Assembly: GCA_964621445.1 (NCBI GenBank)
Contig: CAZUNO010000004.1
Coordinates: 109,413-173,412 of the forward strand
Length of the DNA stretch: 64,000 bases
Reading direction: 5' to 3'
DNA from: Candidatus Hadarchaeota archaeon
Lineage (GTDB): Archaea > CAYQAE01 > CAYVLA01
The notes beneath the pieces are model-generated. The model made no database searches and had not been told where the DNA came from. It worked only from the letters and a program-made list of their open reading frames with translations. A program made the translations under genes and the position numbers. Positions 19,995 to 30,933 of this stretch are shown piece by piece (position 1 is the stretch's first letter; the number at the start of each line of letters is the position of its first letter).

Positions 19995-20975
19995 TCAACC
20001 CAACACTTCTGGGTTTACCAAATTTGGTGGCCTTTCCCCCTTCATGGCGGCGATTATATTTTGGGCGGCCATCTCGGACATCCTATTTCGGGTTTCGATG
20101 GATCCGCTGGCGATGTGGGGGGTGAGAATCGCATTAGAAAGCTCGATCAACCTCTGGGATACCTCCGGCTCATTCTCGAAAACGTCCAGGCCTGCAGCTG
20201 CAATTCCCCCCTTTTCCAGGGCCTCGGCCAGGGCATTTTCGTCAACTACCGGTCCACGGGATGTGTTAACGAGTATCGTGGAGGGCTTCATGGAATCAAG
20301 CTCCTCTCTACCTATCAGATGCCGGGTGGAGTGCGTGAGCGGGGTGTGAAGGCTTATGAAATCCGAGATTTCTATGAGCGTATCGAGATCCACGTAATTA
20401 GCGCCGATATCCCTTTCCTTGACTTCTGACGCCCTTTCCACATCGCTATAGACCACCTTCATGTCGAAGCCCTTCGCCCTACGGGCTACCGCGCTACCAA
20501 TTCTTCCCAGCCCGATTATACCCAAAGTCTTTCCATGGACATCATAGCCCAGTAACATCTTGGATTCCCAACGCTTGAACCGACCTGCCCTCACAAATTC
20601 GTCGGCTTCAACGACCCTTCTGGCACAGCTCATTATCAGGGCCCAGGCCATATCGGCCGTGGTGTCCGTGAGTACGCCGGGCGTGTTGGTAACCCTGATA
20701 CCCCTTTCCGTGGCTGCTGGAACCTCGATGTTGTCATAGCCAACTGCATAGTTCGAAATGATCTCCAGATTCTCCGAGGCATCCATTACCTCCTGGTCAA
20801 TTTGGTCGGTCAGCAGACAGAGAAGGGCTTCCTTGTTCTGCACTCCGCTAATTATCTCGGACTTCTCGGGGACATCCATTTTATCCCTGACCGTAACTTC
20901 CTTGCACTCCTTACGGAGGATATTTAATCCAATTTCGGGTATACCTCTGGTCACGAAAACATGGTAATCTGGCAT
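19995..20975 (-). CDS. gyaR: Glyoxylate/hydroxypyruvate reductase (D-2-hydroxyacid dehydrogenase)
   Basis: AVGYDNI, TNTPGVLT, GIIGLGRIG, NTSRG, DVFENEP, PHIAS. Start taken at MPDYHV. Confidence 0.85.
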   Translation of the reverse strand: MPDYHVFVTRGIPEIGLNILRKECKEVTVRDKMDVPEKSEIISGVQNKEALLCLLTDQIDQEVMDASENLEIISNYAVGYDNIEVPAATERGIRVTNTPGVLTDTTADMAWALIMSCARRVVEADEFVRAGRFKRWESKMLLGYDVHGKTLGIIGLGRIGSAVARRAKGFDMKVVYSDVERASEVKERDIGANYVDLDTLIEISDFISLHTPLTHSTRHLIGREELDSMKPSTILVNTSRGPVVDENALAEALEKGGIAAAGLDVFENEPEVSQRLIELSNAILTPHIASGSIETRNRMSEMAAQNIIAAMKGERPPNLVNPEVLG

Positions 20976-21063
20976 TCTATCCCTGGGATTCACAATCTGG
21001 AGATGGGTATTAACAATTACGGTAATGAAAGGAAGTGAAAGGTCCCCACAAACTGATTCATGC

Positions 21064-21936
21064 CTATTTGGAACCAACAAGGTGCTCCGCTATTATCCTC
21101 CTCAGGCGAAGGCGGTTCCTTCTGGTTTCAATATCGGAGCAGGATAGACCCATGGTTTCCAGGATGATAGGGCTGCTATATTCTATGTCCCTTAGGGTCC
21201 TTAATGCCTCCTTCCATGGTATATTTCCTTCAAGGGGAACCAGGTGTTGATCGGATGCACCCTCGTTGTCGTGGAGGTGTGTGGCTATGAGAGTGTTGTT
21301 AAGCTGCCGTATAAAACCATCTAGTTCGAGAAGCGGTTTCTGGATGTTTGCATGGCCGAAATCAAGGCACACCCCTAGATTATCGGGGTCGATGGCCACA
21401 ATTTGCAGCAGCTCAGATGGCTGGCAACAGAACCTTGCGGGCAGTACCATATTTCTATCATCGGCGATGGAAACCGGTTCCAAGGGATCGAATTCGTTTT
21501 CCACCGCAACCCTGACCCCCACCTCATCCGCACACGAAGCAATCTCGGAAAAGGATTTCTTAACAAGCTCGGATGTACGCCCCATGTCCCGGTGGTACTC
21601 GCATGCATGTTCTACCATCACGGGAACCCCGAGTTCTGCTGCGTGGTTGAGAAATTTACAGCTTTTATGGATACTCCTGCTTCTAGTTTTGGGATCTGGG
21701 CTGCCGAGATCGAAGCCCGAACTGAGACTTGGGCCGTGTAACTGGACCGGGAATAGGTCCAGGGACCGGGCATGATCAGCTATTTCCCTCAGCTCCCGGT
21801 TTGGATCGTTATCCAGCCGTTGGACATGTCCGTAGCTGTATTCGAAGAACTCAAAGCCCGCGTCCGCGATCTCCTCCAATGCTTTCTCGGCCTCTACCAT
21901 CCCAGCCCCGTGGAGAACTATGCCATAATCCATCAT
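21064..21936 (-). CDS. Sugar phosphate isomerase/epimerase (AP endonuclease 2 TIM barrel)
   Basis: Metal ligands VAVEN, CLDFGHAN, THLHDN, DQH, ILE. Confidence 0.85.
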   Translation of the reverse strand: MMDYGIVLHGAGMVEAEKALEEIADAGFEFFEYSYGHVQRLDNDPNRELREIADHARSLDLFPVQLHGPSLSSGFDLGSPDPKTRSRSIHKSCKFLNHAAELGVPVMVEHACEYHRDMGRTSELVKKSFSEIASCADEVGVRVAVENEFDPLEPVSIADDRNMVLPARFCCQPSELLQIVAIDPDNLGVCLDFGHANIQKPLLELDGFIRQLNNTLIATHLHDNEGASDQHLVPLEGNIPWKEALRTLRDIEYSSPIILETMGLSCSDIETRRNRLRLRRIIAEHLVGSK

Positions 21937-21977
21937 TGATGGGGCTACAAACCTCTCAAGATAAATGATTACTGGGG

Positions 21978-23747
21978 TTAGGGTGACCGCAGATCAAAGG
22001 AATGCTCGGGTCTAAGGGAGACTACCGGGGAAGCTCCCGGACGGATGGTAAGTGCGCTTCGGCGCAGAACCCCCTCGTCGGCCGGGGTGATTTCCAGGGA
22101 CCAATTTCCCTGACCTTCCTCTTCCGGCCAAATTTCCATCTCTGCCCTTCTCCTCCTAAGATTTGTCTGTGCCTCACCGGCTTTAAGTCCACTGGGCTCA
22201 TAGAGGGTTAGGCGTGCGGTCTCCTCGCCAGATCCCCGAATTCGGACCGTGAAACGATCCGTAAGCTCAGGAACCCTAAAGTAGAGACGTCCAATCTCCC
22301 CCATTAGATTTAGCCTTCTCGCTGCATATAGCCCAACTGCCGAGTTTGATTCAGTTATCCAATACAGAATATCATCCCCCTCCAGGGTAAGAGGATACAC
22401 ACCCGTGACCTTTGGTTTGAAGGAGATTTCGGACGGGCCCTCGGCCAATCTCCCCTTGTCGAGAATATCTAGGTTCGGGTCCTCTAGCGTCCATTTCACG
22501 GCGGAGCCGACCTCTCCCCTTGAATCTCTCCCTATTCCAACCTTGACCTCGTGACCGGAACTGGCACCTATCAACACAACATTCCGGCTCGTCATCTTTG
22601 CCACCGGGAAGTTTTCCATTCTAGGTGGGCGACCGGGGGACACTATCCTCCTCCTACGGCTATGGTCATCGGTGAGAGCCAGGCCCCATATTGATTCCGT
22701 CTCCCTTGGACCTTTCCAGAATTCGAAATTGCCTTCCTTTATCGCCTGGTTTGCCTGTTTGAACCACCGGAAGTAATCCGCATGATCCTTCCCGTACTCC
22801 GGACCTTCATAGAAAACCCAGTATCCATCGCTAACTTCCGATATGCCGACTGCGTTTTTGCCGCAGAACTCGGGGTCCGCTCCGATAACCACGGGATCGA
22901 TACCTCCTATGTAGCTAAAGGGTATGTTGGCCCTTTCAGGTATCTCCATTCGTTTACCCAGCTTTTCCTGATTAACACGGATGGCATCTTCCTGAACCAT
23001 CATTCTGGAAGGCCTTCCGTAGGTCGTTGCATCCGCAAGGATGATTGGCGCCTCTTTTGTCGACCATTCAGGATAGCAGGCCTCGGTCATGAATGTGGTT
23101 CCCGGGGCCGGGTATATGCAAAACCTGAATTGGTGATTGCTCTGGTCTACGGCCTTTCTAAGCTCCTTGCAGTTATGGCGCCAATGTCTGATCTGAAAAT
23201 CAACGAACTCCGAGTGGATTTTTTTCCTTTCCAGCCATTTTCTCCTCTCATCATTCCCCAGTTTGGGTATTTCAATGCCCTTATGGTTTGAAAACTTCTC
23301 CAGAATAACATCGTCGTATGAGATAGGGTAGCAGTTTCCATGATGGCGTGGTTTTCCGGACGCATAGTTCTCAAAGTCCAGAAAAACACCAATGAGGTTT
23401 GGATATTTAGGGCTGATTCGGGCATGTTTTCTTATATGACCGCTCATCCAATCCCAGAATTCCGATGAATTTGGACTCCAGAGGTCCTGTTCAAGGCCCG
23501 AAGACCACACCAGCTTCCTTCCCGTCGCTCCGCCCTCCGGAGCTCTAAGAGTTCCGCCCATCCAAGGCATGTACATTAGCCCGTGCTTCTGGCACCACGT
23601 GGCAAGAGCCTCAACTTCGTCATAATCGTCATACCCTTGTCTGGGAGAATATAGGCTGAAACCTGCTTCCGCCGTCTCCTCGACCATCCATTCCTCGGCG
23701 ACCCAATCTGCATCTTTTTGCATTACCTTGTCGACAAGTATCCTCAT
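21978..23747 (-). CDS. Uncharacterised glycoside-hydrolase-like TIM barrel protein with C-terminal beta domains
   Basis: ATG 23747 with GAGGA SD. Motifs GVFLDFENY, SYDD, DGYWVFYE. Fold is inferred only. Confidence 0.5.
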   Translation of the reverse strand: MRILVDKVMQKDADWVAEEWMVEETAEAGFSLYSPRQGYDDYDEVEALATWCQKHGLMYMPWMGGTLRAPEGGATGRKLVWSSGLEQDLWSPNSSEFWDWMSGHIRKHARISPKYPNLIGVFLDFENYASGKPRHHGNCYPISYDDVILEKFSNHKGIEIPKLGNDERRKWLERKKIHSEFVDFQIRHWRHNCKELRKAVDQSNHQFRFCIYPAPGTTFMTEACYPEWSTKEAPIILADATTYGRPSRMMVQEDAIRVNQEKLGKRMEIPERANIPFSYIGGIDPVVIGADPEFCGKNAVGISEVSDGYWVFYEGPEYGKDHADYFRWFKQANQAIKEGNFEFWKGPRETESIWGLALTDDHSRRRRIVSPGRPPRMENFPVAKMTSRNVVLIGASSGHEVKVGIGRDSRGEVGSAVKWTLEDPNLDILDKGRLAEGPSEISFKPKVTGVYPLTLEGDDILYWITESNSAVGLYAARRLNLMGEIGRLYFRVPELTDRFTVRIRGSGEETARLTLYEPSGLKAGEAQTNLRRRRAEMEIWPEEEGQGNWSLEITPADEGVLRRSALTIRPGASPVVSLRPEHSFDLRSP

Positions 23748-23862
23748 TATGTTATCCTCTCCCCTCAAGGAAAATCGTCTCCGAACTCGATTACAGAAGG
23801 TATGAAAAAATATTGCCCTAAGGAGGAAAATCTTTTCCAACCTGGGCAGCTGAGAAACCCCC

Positions 23863-24960
23863 ATGAGTCTTCAAAGGGGCCTCTCAGCGGTCAATCTTGA
23901 TGAGACGGATATCGTTCCCTGGGTGGAATGGTTCTGGCCCATGTCAAGGCAGGCATATCTTCATCTAACCGGTATCGATCCTATTCAAAATACTGCAAAG
24001 GCATGCTTAGCGGTTATCGAGGAATTGGATTTGGACCTAATGTGGGGAGGGATCCACCATCGAGCGGATGCCGAGTCCCTGCCAGGTAGCAAGGGGTCAC
24101 GTATTGATCAAGAGGGCAAGAGAGTCGAAGCCTGGGGTGTATTTGGCACCAAGTGGTCCACCGAGGGCGCTCACCTCAGCTCAGGAAGTAGGGCAACGAC
24201 CGAGGATGTCCTTACCTTCGATCCCTCCGAATATGATGACCGAACGGTTTCCGAAATTGCCTCCGATCTTTCCAGGATTCATGAGAGGAATCAAGATGAT
24301 ATAGGTGACATGTGCCTGGTCGCAGAGGCCCACTACACCACGCTTTTCCATTGGTTTTTGGGATTATTTGGGTGGAGGCCCACCATATCTGCAGCTTTAG
24401 GTCATCCTTCGGATTTTGCCGATCAAATTGAGATGTTTGCATCCCTGTCCAGGAAGTACACGGAAGCCTACGCCAGGGTTCCCGATCTACGCGTTTTCAT
24501 TTCCCATGACGATATCTGTATGAGTAACGGGCCAATCTTCAGCCCCAAGTGGTACAGGAAATACATCTTCCCATACTACTCCTGGATATGGGAGCCTCTC
24601 AGGGAAAGGGACATTCCCGTCATCTTCTGTTCAGATGGCGATGTCACCCAGGTCGTTGGCGATGTGTTCGATGCAGGGGCGGATGGCTTCATATTTGAGC
24701 CCTATGTAGACTTGAGATGGATGGCCGATAACTGGGGAGGGAAAAGGATATTGATCGGGAACGCGGATACCAGAGTTCTTACCGGAGGTACCCCGGATGA
24801 TTGCCGTAGAGAGGCCCAGAGGTGCGTTTCAATATGTGGCGATATGCCTGGGTACTTTCTAAATGCCGGTGGCCAGCTCCCCCACACCATACCATGGGCC
24901 AATCTCCGGGCCTATCTCGAGGAGTGTCGGTCTTTGAGAAAACGAGAGACACGAGCATAG
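23863..24960 (+). CDS. Uroporphyrinogen decarboxylase / MtaA-CmuA-like family protein
   Basis: HDDICMSNGPIFSPKWYRKYIFPYY, FCSDG, LIGNADT, GQLPHTIP. Confidence 0.8.
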   Translation: MSLQRGLSAVNLDETDIVPWVEWFWPMSRQAYLHLTGIDPIQNTAKACLAVIEELDLDLMWGGIHHRADAESLPGSKGSRIDQEGKRVEAWGVFGTKWSTEGAHLSSGSRATTEDVLTFDPSEYDDRTVSEIASDLSRIHERNQDDIGDMCLVAEAHYTTLFHWFLGLFGWRPTISAALGHPSDFADQIEMFASLSRKYTEAYARVPDLRVFISHDDICMSNGPIFSPKWYRKYIFPYYSWIWEPLRERDIPVIFCSDGDVTQVVGDVFDAGADGFIFEPYVDLRWMADNWGGKRILIGNADTRVLTGGTPDDCRREAQRCVSICGDMPGYFLNAGGQLPHTIPWANLRAYLEECRSLRKRETRA

Positions 24961-25003
24961 ACCACGGTTAAAAGATTTATGGCGGGATTTCAGGATCATT
25001 CCC

Positions 25004-25756
25004 ATGGCAAACGCCGGCTCGGTGGCCAAGTGGTTAGCGGCTTTGGTACTCGCCATGTTTTTGCCTGGGCTGCTGGCCGGACTAATCAGCCAGATATCAT
25101 CATTCGTGGGTCTAGCAGGGATCGAGCCCATACCTGATATAGCGTCGACCATCGATGCGCTTTATGCATTTTCCAGGAATCTGGGGTTTATTCTGGTTGT
25201 TGGAGGATCATTGGGAATTATTCTCTCCTTCAAGTCCGAGGAACTGCCCGTTTTGGGAACGATTGGCTGGTATATTCACCTAGTGAGCCACGAACTAATC
25301 CATGCACTGATGGCAAAGCTATGTGGTTATAGGATAAAGGAGTTCAAGCTAACCAAGCATGGTGGCTATGTCGCCTACTTCAAGCCCGAGTCAAAGGGCA
25401 ACTTTCTAATAAGCCTCGGTCCCTACCTATTTCCGCTAGTACCGCTGGTGTTGCTTGTTGCCTGCTACTTCTCGGGGGGAATTCTAAGGCAGGTAATTGT
25501 ATTCCTGCTGGGGGCATCCCTGGGGTCACATATTGCCGGCACTTCTCGCGAGGCCTTTCACCAGTATGATGTGAGACACGTCGGCATATTTTTTTCGGTC
25601 ATGGTTATCATGATTTGGAATGCATTCCTGGTGGTATTGATCATGGCCATGGTTGCGCCCTCGCGTGTTTCGCTTTGGCTTTTCCTGGAAACCAGCCTTC
25701 GTTTCGATGCCTGGTACCTGTCATCCTTGTACCGTTTCCTGCTCCGAATCACTTAA
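25004..25756 (+). CDS. Membrane zinc metallopeptidase (M50B-like)
   Basis: HELIH zincin motif, ISLGPY, downstream D, multiple TM segments. Confidence 0.7.
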   Translation: MANAGSVAKWLAALVLAMFLPGLLAGLISQISSFVGLAGIEPIPDIASTIDALYAFSRNLGFILVVGGSLGIILSFKSEELPVLGTIGWYIHLVSHELIHALMAKLCGYRIKEFKLTKHGGYVAYFKPESKGNFLISLGPYLFPLVPLVLLVACYFSGGILRQVIVFLLGASLGSHIAGTSREAFHQYDVRHVGIFFSVMVIMIWNAFLVVLIMAMVAPSRVSLWLFLETSLRFDAWYLSSLYRFLLRIT

Positions 25757-26855
25757 CATCGACTAAATTATACTCGCTGGAGCCCAGGCCCGCCTCCTCT
25801 GCGGCCTCGATTTGCCCCACGGGATCAAGACCGTGGATTCCCTTGAATTTCTTGTCATTCGATTCTAGCCCCTCTTCGGATGCCACGGAGTTAGGGAGGG
25901 ATGGTGCCTCGGTGATAAGATCGAGGGAAGCCTTCTCCAGGGAAACGATATCTGTGGATGCCAGAATTCCAAAATCCTGGACTATGGGGTTATCCGAAAA
26001 AGGAGCACAGTCACACTCTGGGCCTATGCCGGTAAGGAAATTGACGAAAAGCACCCTGTTTTCCTCAAAGGTTGAAAGAACACCGCTAACTCCATCCACC
26101 AGTGCCTGCAGGAAATTCTTTCTCATAGGTGAGGGACGCTTAAGACCTTCGTGCGTACATTCCCGAACGCAACGCATGCACCTCTCGCACTTCTCAACAT
26201 CGAACTCTATCTTTCCATCCACCAAGCTGATTGCCCCATAATTACAGGCCTCAACGCAGTCCCCACATGCAATGCACTTCTCCGAATTCCATATTGGGGG
26301 ATCGACATTCACGGATCTGTGGATTTTTCCCTTGGAACTCCTGGCCGTACATCCCATGGCTATGTTCTTTATGGATCCGGCAAATGACGCGTTGCCGTGC
26401 CCGGTAACATGGGTAAGGACTATCATGGATGGGGAGTGATATATTCCGGATGGGACGTCCACCTCCTTCACTATCTTGCCCCCGGTCTCAACGGTCTTGA
26501 AATCCTCGCCCTTGAATCCGTCCACTATTATTATCGGGCATCCCAGCGTCCCCTGATTATATCCTCTTCGATGTGCTATCTCCAGATATCGCACCGCGTC
26601 CGGTCTACAGCTTTCCGCTATGAACGGCCTAGCCCCCGTCAATCTCACCTTGTTAATAACTCCATTAACGAATTCTGGTCGAATTGTCCTAAATCCTCCC
26701 GAAGAACCAAGGTGCATCTTTAGGGCAACTAGGTCATCATCTACCACGGTCCCTGGTAATCCCGCGGTATCTAGTAGATCGGGTACCTTCATTAGAAGAC
26801 TTCTTTCTCCTTCCGCCCTGCTCGCTCTTGAACCAGCAAATGCAACATCGGTCAT
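25749..26855 (-). CDS. DUF362 domain Fe-S protein with 2x[4Fe-4S] ferredoxin domain
   Basis: VALKMHLG, HVTGH, GSIKNIAMGC, CIACGDCVEAC, CERCMRCVREC, PECDC. Confidence 0.85.
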   Translation of the reverse strand: MTDVAFAGSRASRAEGERSLLMKVPDLLDTAGLPGTVVDDDLVALKMHLGSSGGFRTIRPEFVNGVINKVRLTGARPFIAESCRPDAVRYLEIAHRRGYNQGTLGCPIIIVDGFKGEDFKTVETGGKIVKEVDVPSGIYHSPSMIVLTHVTGHGNASFAGSIKNIAMGCTARSSKGKIHRSVNVDPPIWNSEKCIACGDCVEACNYGAISLVDGKIEFDVEKCERCMRCVRECTHEGLKRPSPMRKNFLQALVDGVSGVLSTFEENRVLFVNFLTGIGPECDCAPFSDNPIVQDFGILASTDIVSLEKASLDLITEAPSLPNSVASEEGLESNDKKFKGIHGLDPVGQIEAAEEAGLGSSEYNLVDVK

Positions 26856-27240
26856 GGAGTGGAGCGAGGTAATGTGTCTTATAAGTTGGACGTCTGACCG
26901 ACCTTAAAGCGGCCATTCCGCAGACCGGCCTGAACCACGATTTCGGAGAAATTCTTTCGGAAATTAATGGCCTTGACCCTACGGAAGAACATAATGGCTA
27001 CGCAAGCACGGCAACGGGTTGATCATCGGCCGATTTATAACCATCCAATAATAATCCAGACCAATTTTGGAGCAACCCTTTTTCACGAAACTTTTTGATG
27101 ACCCTCCTCCCAAAGCTTGCAGAGTGGAGTGAGTTTGCTCACGTGATTGAGGAAATTAAGGGGGTTGCAGTCCTTGAGGAACCCTGGAGCTGGGATACGT
27201 TTTTCAGGGTATTGTGTTCCAACATGATTGAGGAGATCAG

Positions 27241-28062
27241 ATGTCCCAGGGTAGCGAACCAAAAATTGGGGTTATACACTATAATTTCCCCGGATATACC
27301 ATGGAGGACTTCCTGTCCTATGCCCAAGACACCGGGTTTAAATATGTGGAGATTCAGATAGGCGACGTATGGGATGAGGAAAATCCATTATCGGAAGGCA
27401 AGGAACGAGCACGAAAACTTCGCGGCAGGCTGGAGGAGCATGGTCTCAAGGTTTCCTCCCTATCGGCCAAGAACGATTTCGTTTACCTGGACACAGAAAT
27501 GATAGAAGCCGAGGTCGCCCGTATGGAAAAGGTCTGCGATCTGGCCGAGATATTGGGAACCAGTGTACTCAGAACCGAGGGCGGAAGGCCAAAGGAGTCA
27601 GTTCCCGAGAGCAAATGGGCCGAGGCCATATCCACCTGCCTCAAAGGATGTGTCCCCTTCACCGAAAAGCGGGGTTTCTATCTTGCTTTGGACAATCACG
27701 GATTAACCACCAATGACGGAGACCGCCAACTCAGGATCTTCGAGGAGGTTGGCTCCGATCACGTTGGAGCGAACATGGACGTCATGAACTACCGTTGGTT
27801 CGGCCATGATCTTGATACGGTCTATAGATTCTACGAGCTCATCGCTCCCTACACATTCCACCTACACATGAAGGATGGTTTTGGCTCCAGAGAAAACTAT
27901 GAATGCAAGTCACTAGGAGAGGGAGAGCTGGACCTTCACAGGGCAATTTCTGCATTGAAGGATGCCGACTACGAAGGCGTTTGGTGCGTGGAATACGAGG
28001 GGAAGGAGGACCCTGCCGTAGGATACCGAAAGGGGCTGGAATATTTGGAGAAGAACCTCTAG
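27241..28062 (+). CDS. Sugar phosphate isomerase/epimerase family protein
   Basis: ALDNHG, NMDVMNY, HLHMKD, LGEGELD, VEYEG. Confidence 0.85.
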   Translation: MSQGSEPKIGVIHYNFPGYTMEDFLSYAQDTGFKYVEIQIGDVWDEENPLSEGKERARKLRGRLEEHGLKVSSLSAKNDFVYLDTEMIEAEVARMEKVCDLAEILGTSVLRTEGGRPKESVPESKWAEAISTCLKGCVPFTEKRGFYLALDNHGLTTNDGDRQLRIFEEVGSDHVGANMDVMNYRWFGHDLDTVYRFYELIAPYTFHLHMKDGFGSRENYECKSLGEGELDLHRAISALKDADYEGVWCVEYEGKEDPAVGYRKGLEYLEKNL

Positions 28063-30812
28063 GCTTCTTCTCCCTGCTGGGCCAGTATTCCATCGATCTC
28101 TATCCTAATCTCTTCTGCTGCAGCAAGCTCCCGGCCGTACTCCACGAAGTCACCCTGGCTACGGTATTCCTCGGCCCTGTCAATGTGATCGAAATACTGC
28201 TCAATAAGCTCCTCAAGGGTCTCCCCGCTGGGGGGAGTAGGCGGTTCAGTGCCGGTTATAACCAATGAAACCGCATCGGGAAGTGTATCAGCCATCACCA
28301 CGTTATTCTTGTGAACAGCGATCACCTTCTTGAGCTCGGGTATCTCCGACTGCTCGGCGGATAGATACAGGGGCTCTATGTATAGCACCGATCCCTCAAC
28401 CGGCAATACCAGGGTGTTACCCCTTATTACCCTCGAACCCCCGGTATTCCAGAGAGATATGCTCTTTGAGATATCCTCGTCCTGGTCTATCACGGCCTCA
28501 ATCTGCATGGGGCCGGGTACCAGTATCCCCTTGGGGAAGCGGAATATCATCACGGTTCCATAGTTATCGGGGTCCTGAAGTGCACTGACCCAGGCTATCA
28601 TATTTTGCTTGCCCTTGGGCGTGAAGGGTTGGATGAGCGCGAAGTCCGTTATCTCTGAATCCTCCGCGGCTAGCAGAATATTGTAGGGCTCAACCCTGCT
28701 GCTCTGGCTCTGGTACTGCTCGGTTGCCGGCGTCCACACGTCCTCTTTATTGTAGAAGGTCTTGTAATCCTCCATATGATAGGTAGAATAACGGGCCATC
28801 TCCAATTCGAAAAGGTCCTCCGGATACCTCAGGTGTCGCCTGAATTCCTGAGGCATTTGTTTGCCGTCCGTTAGAAGGTCGGGGAATATCTTTGAGAAAG
28901 TCCTGACCACCGGATCGTCCTCATCTATGATGTACAACCACATCTCGCCGCTGTAGGCATCAGTAATTATCTTGACGCTGTCCCGAACATAGTTTACCCT
29001 TTGCCCCTGTAACCAACCGTACTCTGAATAGGGATATCTATCGCTGTGGGTGATACCACTGGCCATCCAGTACAGCCTTCCGTTTTCCACAAAGGGGTAG
29101 GGATCATCATCAATTACCAGGAAGGGAGCGACCAGCTTAATCCTCTCTAGTATCTGTCTCCTAATTATCAGCCGGGACTCCTTGGACACGTAATGGGAAA
29201 AAAGCATCTTGGTGCTTCCCGTATGTACCGCAGCGATGCCCTTACGAAGTCCATTTTTGAGTTGGATGCCACTGTCCGCCTCATAGCGATAGAATTTATT
29301 CACGTTACCGCTGGGATAATCAAATTCATCGATTCCCTCCGCGTTGACCACGATGTAATCATCGGTGAGCTCCCCGAAGTAAATCCTTGGCTGTTCGATC
29401 TTGATCTCCGGCCAATCGGTTGAAGGAGGGATGTCCTTGACAACCACCTCGGGCAGGCCATCCTGGTCGACGAGGTTGACCGGTGCGATGACCACCCCGA
29501 ATCCGTGGGTGTACTGGAGATGACGGTTGGCCCAGGTTCTGGCAGCGGACTCAAGTTTGCTGGTCATCATCTCTCGGGCCCCGATCATTACCTCGGTACG
29601 CTCCCCGGAAACTATGTATCGATCCACATCCGGATCCAAGAACTCATAATACGAACGTATCTCCTGTTTCTGTTGGAAGACGGCCTTGGTAGGCTTATAA
29701 TCCAGTATCCTGGCGTTCTTTATGGTGGGGGAGGATAGAGCCTCCTGCGCAGTCAGGTTGACATATGTGGGATCATACTCCGTGCTCACAACATCGGCAA
29801 GGGAATATCCTGATAGGGTGTAGTTGATATGGCGCTCTATGTACTCCTGCTGTATTCCCGGTTCGTTCGGGGTAACTGTGATGGAGTCAATGACTGGGAA
29901 AATAATTATCTGGAATAGCAATAGCACCCCGACAACGGCGGCAGTCCCTTGTACCCACCTAACTGCAATGGCCCCGCTTCTCCACTTTTGACTACTCAAC
30001 CTACCTGTGAAGAAGAAAATGGCAACACCAGAGAGGATTACCAGAAGACTGGCCACCAGATAGAAGGGGAGCTTGTATGTTACGTCCATGAACTCGGCTC
30101 CAACCGGTATTGCACTAGCCGCATTCGCGGCCCGAAGCAGGCCATACCTGGCCAGGTATATCCTGACTCCAACCAGAACGAATATGATGGAGGCCAGGAA
30201 ACGGAGGTGTAATGATTTCTCAAATATCTCTATGCTGGGATGCCTGGCGTAAGCTATGATGATTACAGGGAGGCTCACCAGAATGCAGATGAAGGCCAGG
30301 GCGATCATTGCGCCAATCAAGGTAGTCAGGAATGGGAAGGTGAACACGTGAAATGAGAGATCTAGTCCAAAAAGGGGGTCGGTTTTTCCAAAAGGTGTTT
30401 TATTCAGGTAGGCTAACACCGTGAGCCAGTTCCTGCTGATCACGAATCCGAAACCGAGCGAAATAAGGGCGCCAACTAGCAGGAAAGGCAGGTTACCAAA
30501 ATCCGGGATCTGGCTGGCAGCGGCAGAAGCCGGATAATTATCAGCGGCCTGATCGGCTTGCCTGCTTGAAAGCTTCACCGAAAGGTATATGGCAAGGAAA
30601 CTCAGGCCTGCAGATAGGCCAAATAGTGCCCATCTGGCCCATATCCTGGTGAAGAACACGCTCAGGAACCCCACGTCGGTGTACCACCACCAGTCCATAA
30701 GGACGCTTGGCATCACCACCAGCAGTACGCCCGCTGCGGCTAGGAGAATAACCAGGGCGATCACGGGTTTGACGGGGAGTGGGGATAAAGGGGGTGCCTC
30801 TCTAGGTTTCAA
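28059..30812 (-). CDS. UPF0182 family membrane protein
   Basis: DPLFGLDLSFHVF, HLQYTHGFG, PRIYFGE, NYVRDSVK, RYPEDLF, VIRGNTLVLP, YIEPLY. Confidence 0.92.
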   Translation of the reverse strand: MKPREAPPLSPLPVKPVIALVILLAAAGVLLVVMPSVLMDWWWYTDVGFLSVFFTRIWARWALFGLSAGLSFLAIYLSVKLSSRQADQAADNYPASAAASQIPDFGNLPFLLVGALISLGFGFVISRNWLTVLAYLNKTPFGKTDPLFGLDLSFHVFTFPFLTTLIGAMIALAFICILVSLPVIIIAYARHPSIEIFEKSLHLRFLASIIFVLVGVRIYLARYGLLRAANAASAIPVGAEFMDVTYKLPFYLVASLLVILSGVAIFFFTGRLSSQKWRSGAIAVRWVQGTAAVVGVLLLFQIIIFPVIDSITVTPNEPGIQQEYIERHINYTLSGYSLADVVSTEYDPTYVNLTAQEALSSPTIKNARILDYKPTKAVFQQKQEIRSYYEFLDPDVDRYIVSGERTEVMIGAREMMTSKLESAARTWANRHLQYTHGFGVVIAPVNLVDQDGLPEVVVKDIPPSTDWPEIKIEQPRIYFGELTDDYIVVNAEGIDEFDYPSGNVNKFYRYEADSGIQLKNGLRKGIAAVHTGSTKMLFSHYVSKESRLIIRRQILERIKLVAPFLVIDDDPYPFVENGRLYWMASGITHSDRYPYSEYGWLQGQRVNYVRDSVKIITDAYSGEMWLYIIDEDDPVVRTFSKIFPDLLTDGKQMPQEFRRHLRYPEDLFELEMARYSTYHMEDYKTFYNKEDVWTPATEQYQSQSSRVEPYNILLAAEDSEITDFALIQPFTPKGKQNMIAWVSALQDPDNYGTVMIFRFPKGILVPGPMQIEAVIDQDEDISKSISLWNTGGSRVIRGNTLVLPVEGSVLYIEPLYLSAEQSEIPELKKVIAVHKNNVVMADTLPDAVSLVITGTEPPTPPSGETLEELIEQYFDHIDRAEEYRSQGDFVEYGRELAAAEEIRIEIDGILAQQGEEA

Positions 30813-30933
30813 TCTTTACACCTTTTCCCATGGCTTTGGCTTGAGTTCTGATAAAGGTTGTGCAAGAGCCAACTCGGTGACCTGTAATACATGGCTTGAC
30901 CTCATATATAAGCTTCAACCTCCATCTGGTATC

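Noticed and set aside
26856-27240. 385-bp intergenic gap and ORF 27095-27361 as a possible ncRNA or gene
   Set aside because: No tRNA cloverleaf or convincing stem pattern. The ORF overlaps the isomerase gene and has no recognisable motif.
30589-30933. Long N-terminal extension of the NTPase ORF
   Set aside because: Overlaps the UPF0182 gene on the opposite strand. The P-loop domain and TATA box point to GTG 30934.
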